Assembly (NCBI GenBank): GCA_030432405.1
Contig: JAUIHG010000002.1
Span: 1 to 59,991 of the forward strand
Reading direction: 5' to 3'
From: Bacteroidia bacterium
GTDB lineage: Bacteria > Bacteroidota > Bacteroidia > Chitinophagales > BACL12
DNA length: 59,991 bases
Position 1 is the stretch's first letter, and every line of letters begins with the position of its first letter. Below, one piece after another: positions 26,145 to 35,012 of this stretch. The notes beneath the pieces are model-generated. The model was not told the origin of the DNA, did no database searches, and saw only the letters and a program-made list of their open reading frames with translations. The position numbers and the translations under genes are program-made.

Positions 26145-28814
26145 CTACCGAATCAAGGTCACCGTTCCGGCGCGCTGGACTTCTTCCCCGCCTTCGCGGC
26201 CCTTGGTATAGACAATCATCCAGATGTAGGCGCCGGCCTCCTGGTCCACGCCCTGGAAGGTGCCGTCCCAGCGGGTGGAAGGATTGCCGGTGGCGAAGAC
26301 TTCCTGCCCCCAACGGTTGTAGACCCGCAGGGCAAAGCTGGGATAGCGGGCCGGGTTGGTGATGCCGAAGTTGTCGTTCAGGCCGTCGCCATTGGGCGTG
26401 AAGGCGTTGGGCAGGACCAGCTCCACCTGCTCCACAAAAACGCGGATGGAATCGGGTGGGCCTTCGCAGCCGTACAGGCTGCCATACACCAGATAGGTGG
26501 TGTTGTTGACCGGAAAAGCAAACGGAGACGGGCAATTGGCGCAGGTCAAACTCGATGCCGGCGTCCAGGTGAAACTCACCGGGCCGGGATCCAGGGCCGT
26601 GACATCCAATTGCACCAGCGCCCCTTCATCGACCACCACACTGTCCGGCATGGCATCCACGATGGGCGGGGGAATGATTTCGGCCAAAATGGAATCGCTT
26701 GTACCAGTGCATCCGTTGGCGTCGGTCACCTCAACCACATAATTGCCCGGGGTTGAAACCGTCACCGTCTGGGTGGTTTCGCCGCTGTGCGGCCAGAAGT
26801 AGGATACAAAACCGGAGCCCGCATCCAGCACCACATCCGGTTCGCAGTCGCGGAAGGGACCGGGGGCCAGGCTCGGTGCGGGCAGCACGGTCACTTCCTG
26901 GCTGACCGTGTCGGTGTTCATGCAGTCGTCGAAAACCACAGAGGTATACGTGGTAGTGGATGCCGGTCCAACCGTATAAGGATCCGCAAAGACCCCACCC
27001 GGCGTCCACTGGTAGGTGTAGGGCGGCACGCCCCATTGCGCGCTGGGTTCCAGGGTTATGGAATCGCCGGGGCAGATGGTGAAATCCGGCTGGTCAACCG
27101 ACTGGATCGGGTCTTCCTCCACCGTGCGCCCTTCGATGGTGATGCGCCAGGTATTGTCCGGCATGAAATGGCAGGCCACCCCGCAATTGGGCCCGTTGCA
27201 GGAACAATGGAAGGTGCGCATTTCAAAATCCAGAACGTAGTCCGGGCATTGCGGCGGCAGGCAGGAAACCGTATTGAACAGGTCCAGCGAATCGCCATAG
27301 CAGGTGCCGCTGGAGTCACCCTCCGGCGGCAGGCAACTCCAGAACGTGCCCACCCCGGGCGAGGTGTCGCAGGGACCGACAATCTGAAACGCCGCCTCGC
27401 GCATCAGGCAATCGCTCATGCCGATGAAACAGCCCATCAGCACGCTGAAATACTGCGCATCAAACCAGGCCCCGGTGAGCGTGGTCTGACCCGGCACGGT
27501 CACCGACAAATTGGCGCTGCAGTAATCCGTCAAATCAAAACAGGCGGCATCGTAATTGAATCCGATGTCCCCGCCGGTATACGTGGCCACACCGTACAAA
27601 ATCGGATCCACGACCACGGGGTATGCCCGTTCGGGCGAACGCAGCCATTCGGCATCCACCACCGTCTCCACGATCATTGCCGAACCGGGCCCAACGCCTT
27701 CCCGGCGAAAACGGTACCCGATCAGGGCAGGGCCTTTCGGGCCGTCGTGCAGGTTGCTGTTGCCAGCCGCATCGTAGAGCAGGGGGCGCTTGAGGCGGAG
27801 GAGATCTGGGTTGTCATCCGGATCCGTTGTTGCGCCCCCAACCGATCGTTCCAAAACCAGGTCTCCGGTCCAACAGCGCCAGCCGGCCACATCGGTCCAA
27901 CGGCCCGTGGATGGATCCACATCCACGCTGTAGGATTCCGGTATCGCCCAGCGGTCCTGAAACACCATGCGGACCCCCTCCGGCACGGCATCTCGCTCCC
28001 GAAGCACAAAATCCGTTTCGATTTCCCCTTCGCGAAACAGCTGCACCATGTCGATGCCCGGCCAGGCATGCCAGGCACGCATGCCGTCCTTGCCTACGTC
28101 CGCACGGGAAAAATCGGGGCTGCCCAGCGGGTGCCGGATCGGTCCGATGGGTTCGCCCGTGGCCAGGGCGAGGGCATGTTCTTCGCCGAAGGCGGAAGCG
28201 GCTCCGGAAAAACGAAATACAAATCCATCGGCCAGGCGCATGGCCGCCTGTCCGCGCTGCAGGTCCAGCCCGGTGGGCAGGGGTTGGCTCAGGGCCAGGA
28301 AACGGTCGGTGTCCGAACCACCGCCAAACAGCGGATCAAGTGCTCCGGCAGGATAGAGGTGCGGATCGCGGGTGCGCCATCGGCCTTCCCGATCGCGGAA
28401 GTGCATGGGGCCCGAAGCCTCCTGCACAAAAAAGCGGTGGCCTTTGCTGCCGGACGCCACAAAATAGCGGCCGGTGGCGCTGCGCTGCGACGGCAATTCC
28501 ACGCAGTCCGAACAGGGGGCGTTCCAGGGGAGCACCCCATAGTCCGGGTGGGCCTTGTCGGCATGTTCGGCAAGGCGTTCCAATTCCGCTGTGCGCCGCA
28601 CGCGGGGCTCCAAAAAACTGCGGAAATCCGGTTTGACCGCCTTCATGCCCGGCGCTACCATAGGGCCGTCCGTGCCCAATTGCACGGCGTTGGCCGCGGC
28701 TTGCCCTCCACCGCCAGCAAGCACAGCGGGAGCGTTTCCCTGCTGGCCCAGCCCTAAAAACGGCAAGGCCACCAGGAGCCCAAATGCAAAAAAACGGAAA
28801 GGGCGCACGCTCAT
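26145..28814 (-). CDS. Secreted protein with a T9SS type-B (gliding-motility-associated CHU_C-like) C-terminal sorting domain
   Basis: The C-terminus is LPNAFTPNGDGLNDNFGI...LRVYNRWGQEVF...WDGTFQGVDQEAGAYIWMIVY. The N-terminal signal is MSVRPFRFFAFGLLVALPFLGLGQQ. A central Cys-rich region and Ig-like repeats are present. The start codon overlaps the upstream stop (ATGA at 28811-28814). Confidence 0.9.
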   Translation of the reverse strand: MSVRPFRFFAFGLLVALPFLGLGQQGNAPAVLAGGGGQAAANAVQLGTDGPMVAPGMKAVKPDFRSFLEPRVRRTAELERLAEHADKAHPDYGVLPWNAPCSDCVELPSQRSATGRYFVASGSKGHRFFVQEASGPMHFRDREGRWRTRDPHLYPAGALDPLFGGGSDTDRFLALSQPLPTGLDLQRGQAAMRLADGFVFRFSGAASAFGEEHALALATGEPIGPIRHPLGSPDFSRADVGKDGMRAWHAWPGIDMVQLFREGEIETDFVLRERDAVPEGVRMVFQDRWAIPESYSVDVDPSTGRWTDVAGWRCWTGDLVLERSVGGATTDPDDNPDLLRLKRPLLYDAAGNSNLHDGPKGPALIGYRFRREGVGPGSAMIVETVVDAEWLRSPERAYPVVVDPILYGVATYTGGDIGFNYDAACFDLTDYCSANLSVTVPGQTTLTGAWFDAQYFSVLMGCFIGMSDCLMREAAFQIVGPCDTSPGVGTFWSCLPPEGDSSGTCYGDSLDLFNTVSCLPPQCPDYVLDFEMRTFHCSCNGPNCGVACHFMPDNTWRITIEGRTVEEDPIQSVDQPDFTICPGDSITLEPSAQWGVPPYTYQWTPGGVFADPYTVGPASTTTYTSVVFDDCMNTDTVSQEVTVLPAPSLAPGPFRDCEPDVVLDAGSGFVSYFWPHSGETTQTVTVSTPGNYVVEVTDANGCTGTSDSILAEIIPPPIVDAMPDSVVVDEGALVQLDVTALDPGPVSFTWTPASSLTCANCPSPFAFPVNNTTYLVYGSLYGCEGPPDSIRVFVEQVELVLPNAFTPNGDGLNDNFGITNPARYPSFALRVYNRWGQEVFATGNPSTRWDGTFQGVDQEAGAYIWMIVYTKGREGGEEVQRAGTVTLIR

Positions 28815-31768
28815 CGAACCAGGAAGATTTCACCGGTCTCCTGCACCCGGTTGCCGTCCCCTCCCACGGCTTGGATGGTGAAAATGTAGGTGCCCGTTTC
28901 CTGGTCTTCGCCGCGGAAGCGGCCGTCCCATCCGGCTTCCGGATTGTTGACTTCTCCGGCATCGTTGGACGCGTAAACCACCTGGCCCCAGCGGTTGAAG
29001 ATGCGGATGTCGTACTCCAGCACGGCCTCGCCAAAAACGGTGAAAAAGTCGTTCTGGCCGTCGCCGTTCGGCGAAAACGCATTGGGCACATAGAGCAGGG
29101 CGCCACAAACGTCGATCACTTCGTAGACGACGTATTCGCGGGTCACCGGGCAGGGTTCATCCGGAGCGTTGACCACCACCGCATACAGGCCGGGCGCGCC
29201 GACTTCCTGCAGTTGTTCGGTGCCGGCTTCCGGAATGCCGATCCAGGTATAGCTGCCGCCCGGGTAGCCGCCGTCCAGTTCGGCCCGGCCTCCCGGACAG
29301 ATGGGCAGCGAGTCGGCCATCTCCGTCCGCGGCGCCTCCACAAAGACCGTAACCGTGTCCCAGTCCGGGCAGCCTTCCACATTGGTGCCCCAGACCACAA
29401 AGCTTTCCGTGCTGTCCGGGCTAACGTCCAGGAAGGGGCCGAGGGCTGCAGCGGTATCGGCGGCGTACCAGATGTAGTCCACGATGCCGGTGGAAACGGC
29501 GCTCAGGGTCAGGCTCTGGCCGATGCATATGGTGGGGTCGTCTTCGGCCACCACCGGGGTGGTTTCCACCACGTCGATCGTGCGTGTGCCGGTGCCGGAA
29601 CCGCAGATGTTGAGCCCGAAGATTTCGATGTCGTAGGGGCCGGGATCGTCGAAGACCATGCGGATGACGTTGTTCGCCGTATCGGCGACCGTTCCCCCGG
29701 ACACCGTCCATTCGTAGAAGGTCTCGGTGAAAAACTCCACATCAAACTGCACCGTGTCGCCGGTGCATATGGGTTCGTCCACGGCGATGTCCACGTCGGG
29801 TTCATCAATCACCTGGATGGTGGCGGTGTCCGACCAGGGCCCCGGACACCCGTAATTGATCTCGCGCACACGGATGGCCAGGGGGCCGGTAAAGCCCGCC
29901 AGGTTGATCAAAATCGGATTGAAGGCCCACAGGAAGGGGGTGCCCGAAGGCAGGTATTGGAATTGGTATTGCGACTCGATGTTGTAGGGCGTTACCACAA
30001 AAGACGCCAGGCCGCCTTCGCAAACCAGCGAATCCTGCGGGATCAATTCCGGTGGGGTTTCGGCTGGCGCGCCGATGGTCAGGTGGATGAGCGTGCCCAG
30101 GCGGTTTTCGATGTCGCTGGTGCAGTCCCCGTTGATGCGCATGTACCACACGCCGGGCGCCAGGCCAAGGCCCAACAAGCCGGGAAGGTCAGGCACCGTG
30201 AGGGTGACGGTGGTGTCGGAGTCCGAAACCACCACGCCCAGATCTCCATCGCTGACGCTGCCGAAGGTCATGGGATCCAGCACTTCAATCGAGAAGCTGT
30301 TGGTGTCGCAATACATGGCCAGGGTGTCCCAGATGTTCATGCCGATGGGCACGTCCACGGAAGCCCCCATGCTTTCCGAAATGCAAATGAAAATGTCCTC
30401 GATCTCGTTGGTTTCGATGTCGCATTCCTGGATGCAAAAGGGCCCCCAGGTGGAACCAATCGTGGAAGGAATATTGCTCGTCACCCGGATGTAGTACCCG
30501 CAACCCGGCGGCACCGTGGGCACCAGGCCGCTGACCGTGCCTGGCGGCGAACCCAACGAGGGGTCGAAGGTGGCCGAACTGGACAGCGTGCCGATGATGG
30601 ATGGCGAGGAAAAGTCCCCGGTGGAATCTGACAACTCCGCCGTATAGGTATTGCCCGAAATGAAGGCACCGGTGGAAAAGAACGGCACGTCCATCACCGA
30701 ATTGATGCACACCGCGTTGGTGTCCAGCGTCACGGCCGGTTGCAGGGTGGTGATGGTGTTCGGGCAGTCCTCAATTTCAAAACAAATGGACGCCTCCCCG
30801 GCGATGGCCGGCAGGGGACTCAGGCGGCTGATGCGCACCCGGTAGCAGGTATCTGCGGGCAGCGTGCCGGGAATGGGCAGGCTCAAAATGGCCCCGGTGG
30901 TGTCGCTGGCCGAAATGGTGAACACCCCCAGGCTGGTTGGAGAAGCCGGAAAGCTGCCTCCAGCCGAAGACAGCTCGATGCGGTAGGAACCCTCGCACAG
31001 CGGTTCGCTGATTTCCCAGAACATCAGCAGGTTGCTTTCCAGGCACACCGGGTCCGGAGAAACGAAGGTGATGTCGATGTCGATCGGGTTGGCCACCGGA
31101 TCGTAGGTGGCCACCAGCACCACATCGTCCACGGCAAAGGAGGTGGACTTGACGCTGGTCCCACCGCCGTTGACCCAGCGGAAGCCAAAACGCAGGTCCT
31201 CCACGTTTTCGAAGGCCGGGTCCGTGATGGACTCAAACTGCCACTGCTCCTTGTTGTTGTATTTGGCCATGCCCACCGGCGTCCAGGGGCCGCCGTCGGC
31301 CGAATAGTACACCTGTCCGTAATCGTTCACATTCCCGTCGCAGGTGTAGAAAAAAGAGAAGGTCACGTCGGTGAGGCCCAGCGTGCAATAGCTCCCGTTC
31401 ATGGCCGCAAAGGCATCAGAAGGGGCCGTGGGGTCGTAATTGGCGTTCGGCGCAGCCGGAAAACCGCTGTCCCGGATGTGCAGGTAGCGGCTCAACGGCG
31501 CCCCGTTGATGGTGCCAAAAAAGGTCGAATCCTGGCTGGGCGTGCGGGGATACATGCCGTCGCCGAGGTACGCGTTGTTGATCGCCCAGGTGTTCGGCCC
31601 GGTGGTGCCGCCCAGGTCGGCGGTGTTGAGGCTGAAGGCCGAAGGCCCGGCGTTGAAGGTTTCAAACAGGAGCTGGAAGGTCTGCGCCTGCAGCGTGCCG
31701 GAACCGAGTCCCAGCACCAACAGCGCACATAGCCCTCCGCACCACAAGTGGCGTAGACGTAGGATCAT
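28811..31768 (-). CDS. Secreted protein with an N-terminal MAM/choice-of-anchor-J-like domain, Ig-like repeats and a T9SS type-B C-terminal sorting domain
   Basis: The signal is MILRLRHLWCGGLCALLVLGLGSGTLQAQ. The N-terminal domain ends ...LRFGFRWVNGGGTSVKSTSFAVDDVVLV. The C-terminus is VPNAFSPNGDGQNDFFTVFG...IRIFNRWGQVVY...WDGRFRGEDQETGTYIFTIQ. Confidence 0.9.
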   Translation of the reverse strand: MILRLRHLWCGGLCALLVLGLGSGTLQAQTFQLLFETFNAGPSAFSLNTADLGGTTGPNTWAINNAYLGDGMYPRTPSQDSTFFGTINGAPLSRYLHIRDSGFPAAPNANYDPTAPSDAFAAMNGSYCTLGLTDVTFSFFYTCDGNVNDYGQVYYSADGGPWTPVGMAKYNNKEQWQFESITDPAFENVEDLRFGFRWVNGGGTSVKSTSFAVDDVVLVATYDPVANPIDIDITFVSPDPVCLESNLLMFWEISEPLCEGSYRIELSSAGGSFPASPTSLGVFTISASDTTGAILSLPIPGTLPADTCYRVRISRLSPLPAIAGEASICFEIEDCPNTITTLQPAVTLDTNAVCINSVMDVPFFSTGAFISGNTYTAELSDSTGDFSSPSIIGTLSSSATFDPSLGSPPGTVSGLVPTVPPGCGYYIRVTSNIPSTIGSTWGPFCIQECDIETNEIEDIFICISESMGASVDVPIGMNIWDTLAMYCDTNSFSIEVLDPMTFGSVSDGDLGVVVSDSDTTVTLTVPDLPGLLGLGLAPGVWYMRINGDCTSDIENRLGTLIHLTIGAPAETPPELIPQDSLVCEGGLASFVVTPYNIESQYQFQYLPSGTPFLWAFNPILINLAGFTGPLAIRVREINYGCPGPWSDTATIQVIDEPDVDIAVDEPICTGDTVQFDVEFFTETFYEWTVSGGTVADTANNVIRMVFDDPGPYDIEIFGLNICGSGTGTRTIDVVETTPVVAEDDPTICIGQSLTLSAVSTGIVDYIWYAADTAAALGPFLDVSPDSTESFVVWGTNVEGCPDWDTVTVFVEAPRTEMADSLPICPGGRAELDGGYPGGSYTWIGIPEAGTEQLQEVGAPGLYAVVVNAPDEPCPVTREYVVYEVIDVCGALLYVPNAFSPNGDGQNDFFTVFGEAVLEYDIRIFNRWGQVVYASNDAGEVNNPEAGWDGRFRGEDQETGTYIFTIQAVGGDGNRVQETGEIFLVR

Positions 31769-31811
31769 GGGTTTTGTTAAAATAGGGGATACTGCCGTCT
31801 ATCTTTAACGC

Positions 31812-32723
31812 ATGTTGTCCACCCGGCATCCGGATGCGCAAATGCGGCTGCAGGTGTTTGCCTGGCTCAGCGAGCAAGTCCAGCGTCATGGCGACGTTTT
31901 GCCCCGCAAGCTGCTGGAGCAGGGCTTTGTTTCGCCGGCAGGCGAACGCATTGTATTGCTGGGGCCGCAGGGCATCTGGAAACCGCGAAGCTTCCAACTT
32001 CCACTGTCCATCACCACAAGTCCGGACAGCCCCTATGATGACGCCTTCGGCGAAGACGGCGCCTTGCATTACCGGTACAAGGGGACCAACCCCCTCGACC
32101 CCGTCAATGTTCGGCTGAGCGAGGCGGGCAGGCAGCAGGTTCCCCTGGTCTACTTCCACGGGATCGTGAAGGGCAAATACCTCGTCGTGTGGCCGGTATT
32201 CATCGTGGGTGAGGAGCCTGCACGTTTGACGTTTCGGGTCATGGCGGATGATGCGATGGCCATGCAGGAGCTGCAGGATCGTGCCGGTGTCTCGGAAACG
32301 GCGGAAGGCCGGCGGGCTTACGTCACGGCATCAGTTCGTCAGCGCCTGCATCAACGCGGCTTTCGCGAACGGGTCTTACGGGCCTACCGCGAACAGTGCA
32401 CCATTTGCCGCCTGAAGCACCCGGAGCTTTTGGATGCGGCGCACATCATTCCAGACAGTGCCGAAGGAGCTGTGAGCGTGGCCAATGGGTTGTCCCTGTG
32501 CAAGCTTCACCACGCCGCTTACGACAAAATGGTGCTGGGCATAACACCCGACTACACGGTCTCCATTCGAAAAGACGTATTGGAGGAGATTGATGGACCC
32601 ATGCTCAAGCATGGCCTTGTCGGACTGCACGGGCAGGCGCTCACATTGCCTTCGCGCAAGCAGGAACGCCCAAACCGGGATTGGTTGGACCGGCGATACT
32701 CCGAGTTTCTTCGGGGTGCATGA
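31812..32723 (+). CDS. HNH_2-family endonuclease with an SRA-like N-terminal domain (candidate type IV modification-dependent restriction enzyme)
   Basis: The C-terminal HNH region is CTICRLKHPELLDAAHIIPDSAEGAVSVANGLSLCKLHHAAYD. The N-terminal segment LSITTSPDSPYDDAFGEDGALHYRYKGTNP resembles the SRA core pattern S-(I/L)-V-x-S-G-G-Y-x-D-D ... Y-T-G-x-G-G. It is 303 aa, similar in size to described SRA-HNH enzymes. Confidence 0.8.
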   Translation: MLSTRHPDAQMRLQVFAWLSEQVQRHGDVLPRKLLEQGFVSPAGERIVLLGPQGIWKPRSFQLPLSITTSPDSPYDDAFGEDGALHYRYKGTNPLDPVNVRLSEAGRQQVPLVYFHGIVKGKYLVVWPVFIVGEEPARLTFRVMADDAMAMQELQDRAGVSETAEGRRAYVTASVRQRLHQRGFRERVLRAYREQCTICRLKHPELLDAAHIIPDSAEGAVSVANGLSLCKLHHAAYDKMVLGITPDYTVSIRKDVLEEIDGPMLKHGLVGLHGQALTLPSRKQERPNRDWLDRRYSEFLRGA

Positions 32724-32730
32724 TCACCCT

Positions 32731-33783
32731 TCAAAACCGCCCCACCTCCAGCAGGGGCCAGTCGGCCAGGGCTTCGCGGGCGGCATCCGGGTTCGCCGAC
32801 CAGGCGAACAGATACCCGCCACCACCGGCGCCGCAAAGCTTGAGCAGGAAGGGCGAGGCCAGGGGACGGGCCTCGAGGCCTTCCGCCCAAAGGCCGCGCA
32901 AAGCCTCGGGCACCATCGGCTCCAGCAGCTCCAGACTCAAGCGGGACAGGCGTTCCAACGCGTGCGCAAAGGGCGCGTTGACGCCGGCCAGGAAGGCCTC
33001 CACGGCATCGGTATTGGCGCTGGCCAGCTCCTGCTCCAGGCGGCGGGCGTAGTCCGGCTCAGCGGCGCGGCGTTCGCGGAACGCGGAAACCAGCGGTTCG
33101 GTGCGGCGTGGACGGCCGGTGTCGAGCAAAAACAGGGTCCACTGCGGGTTGGGCTGGGTCTTGGGCTCCACCACCTGCGGTAAACCGCTGCCGCCGTAGC
33201 GCAGCCAAACCCTGCGGGGGTTGCCGCCCAGCCGGGCACGGCCCAGGTAGCTGACCAGCGGGTCGAGGCCCGAGCTTTGGCCGTGGAAATGGGCTTCGAG
33301 GGCTGCAAAGCGCGCCTGCATTTCCGCGCTGCCCACGGCGTTCCAATCCGCGTAGCGGTCCACCAGCCCCGCCACGGCTACGCCGCTGGAGCCTACACCG
33401 TAGCCGGCCGGGAGGTCGCCGGCGAGCCACCATCCGGCGTCCAGATCGGCTTTCAGACGGGCCAGGTCCAGGCCGCAGCGCTGCACCAATTCCGGTTGGG
33501 TGTCCAACCAGGCCACAAAGGCGTTCAGTTGTTCTCGGCGGGTGTCGGGGCCTTCCGGGTCACGGGGTTCCGGGCCAAGGTGCACGTGATCAGTGAGCGC
33601 GTGATCGGATTTGCCGTGATCGGGCGTGCCTTGTCCGGCCGCTTCCAAAGGCGCCACCCAACGCGCACCGCGCGAAGGCCAGGAACAAGCCAGCCCCACG
33701 CCCCCATCCAACACGGCGTATTCGCCGAACAGGAGGAGCTTGGCCGGATAGGACCAGGGCAGATCAGCACGGGTTGTGTCCAC
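32731..33783 (-). CDS. GHMP-family kinase of the mevalonate pathway (mevalonate kinase or phosphomevalonate kinase)
   Basis: The N-terminal motif is PAKLLLFGEYAVLDGGVGLA, the GHMP phosphate-binding loop is GYGVGSSGVAVAG, and the C-terminal motif is LKLCGAGGGGYLFAW. It sits next to the decarboxylase. Confidence 0.85.
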   Translation of the reverse strand: MDTTRADLPWSYPAKLLLFGEYAVLDGGVGLACSWPSRGARWVAPLEAAGQGTPDHGKSDHALTDHVHLGPEPRDPEGPDTRREQLNAFVAWLDTQPELVQRCGLDLARLKADLDAGWWLAGDLPAGYGVGSSGVAVAGLVDRYADWNAVGSAEMQARFAALEAHFHGQSSGLDPLVSYLGRARLGGNPRRVWLRYGGSGLPQVVEPKTQPNPQWTLFLLDTGRPRRTEPLVSAFRERRAAEPDYARRLEQELASANTDAVEAFLAGVNAPFAHALERLSRLSLELLEPMVPEALRGLWAEGLEARPLASPFLLKLCGAGGGGYLFAWSANPDAAREALADWPLLEVGRF

Positions 33784-33807
33784 GGGGCCGAAGATCGGGC
33801 GCAGCGT

Positions 33808-34917
33808 TCAGGCTTTGGCGGGGCCCAACCGCGTCGGCCCTTCGCCAGCGGCGTCCATCAAAACCCGGCCGTCGTCGCAGTAGCGGCGCACGGCGTCGTG
33901 GATGAATTCCTCCACCTGGGCGGCGGCGCTGGCCGGGTAGAGCAGGTGCACGTTGGGACCGGCGTCGAGCGTGAAGCAGAGCGGCAGGTCGGTGTCGGCA
34001 CGGAACTCCTGCACGGCCTGGATGACGGCCAGGGTCCCGGGGCGCATGAGGATGTAGCTCGGTTTGGAACTCATCATCAACGCATGCAGTTCGAGGGCCT
34101 CTGCCTCGGCGATCTGCACAAAGGTGTCGGTGTCGCCTTCGCGCAGGGCGCGGTCCAGGGCCAGGGTGCGTTGGCGGGCATTGGCAAAACGCGTTTCCGC
34201 GAAGGGATTGCCCTCCATCAGCCGGTGCCCGGCCGACGACGAGACGGCTTTTTTGCCCGCGTCCACGATGGCGATGGCGTCGCGCCAGGTGCGGAAATCG
34301 GCGTGGACATGGTCCAGCGGCACGGCGTGGTCGTCGGTCGGTTTTTCCGCGTTGTCCGCGAAGGCTTCGGTCTGGCCCCAGGCCATCCAGGGCCCGCAGA
34401 GCGAACGGGAAGCTGAACCGGATCCCAGCCGTGCCAGGCGGCCGGCAAAGGAGCGGAAGGCCGGGCCGTCTTCGGGCAAGCTGGCCTCGGCACCCTGGGA
34501 TTCGGCCACCACGGCGCTGGCCAGGCCAAGCGCCAGGGCGGCAAAACCGGACGCCGAACTGGCGATGCCCGAGGAATGCGGGAAGGCGTTTTCGGTTTCC
34601 ACGCCAAAGTCAAGCCGCGCCAGGGCAGGATGCTCCAGGGCCATCTTGGACAGATAGGCCGCCACGCGGTCTGCAAATTGGGCGTCGGCTTCGCCGGAGG
34701 CGGAAAACGCCACCAACCGGCCTGTGCCCGGCCGCCAGTGCAGGCGGGTGCCCGTCAGCGCCTTGGACAGCGTCATGCTCACCGAAGGGTTGCGCGGCAA
34801 TTGCACGCCGTGTTTGCCCCAATACTTGACGATGGCAATGTTGCTCGGTGCGGCCCAGGACGCCTGACCGGCGAAATCCTCGGCGTTGACAGAAGGCTCA
34901 ATGACGGGCTTCAGCAT
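33808..34917 (-). CDS. mvaD: Diphosphomevalonate decarboxylase (or a phosphomevalonate decarboxylase variant)
   Basis: Carries the signature APSNIAIVKYWGKHG and a GHMP fold (GIASSASGFAALAL). The start is trimmed to MLKPVIEPSV (ATG 34917). The track extension to 35148 would overlap the upstream gene and is R/P/G-rich. Confidence 0.9.
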   Translation of the reverse strand: MLKPVIEPSVNAEDFAGQASWAAPSNIAIVKYWGKHGVQLPRNPSVSMTLSKALTGTRLHWRPGTGRLVAFSASGEADAQFADRVAAYLSKMALEHPALARLDFGVETENAFPHSSGIASSASGFAALALGLASAVVAESQGAEASLPEDGPAFRSFAGRLARLGSGSASRSLCGPWMAWGQTEAFADNAEKPTDDHAVPLDHVHADFRTWRDAIAIVDAGKKAVSSSAGHRLMEGNPFAETRFANARQRTLALDRALREGDTDTFVQIAEAEALELHALMMSSKPSYILMRPGTLAVIQAVQEFRADTDLPLCFTLDAGPNVHLLYPASAAAQVEEFIHDAVRRYCDDGRVLMDAAGEGPTRLGPAKA

Positions 34918-35012
34918 GGAGGAAGCCGCTTTGTTGGAAGATGCGCTCACCCCGCGAAGATCGCGCGGAATGGCCGGGCAGCGGAACGACGTCTCCCCTG
35001 GTTTGGACGGCA

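Noticed and set aside
26787-30631. Plus-strand ORFs 26787-28757 (656 aa) and 28784-30631 (615 aa)
   Set aside because: They lie antisense to the two T9SS type-B genes and have no motifs.
31769-32730. HNH endonuclease gene considered as a horizontally acquired island or mobile element
   Set aside because: There are no flanking direct or inverted repeats and no integrase, transposase or tRNA. The first 100 nt have about 62% GC, close to my by-eye impression of the rest of the window. Foreign origin cannot be supported from this window alone.
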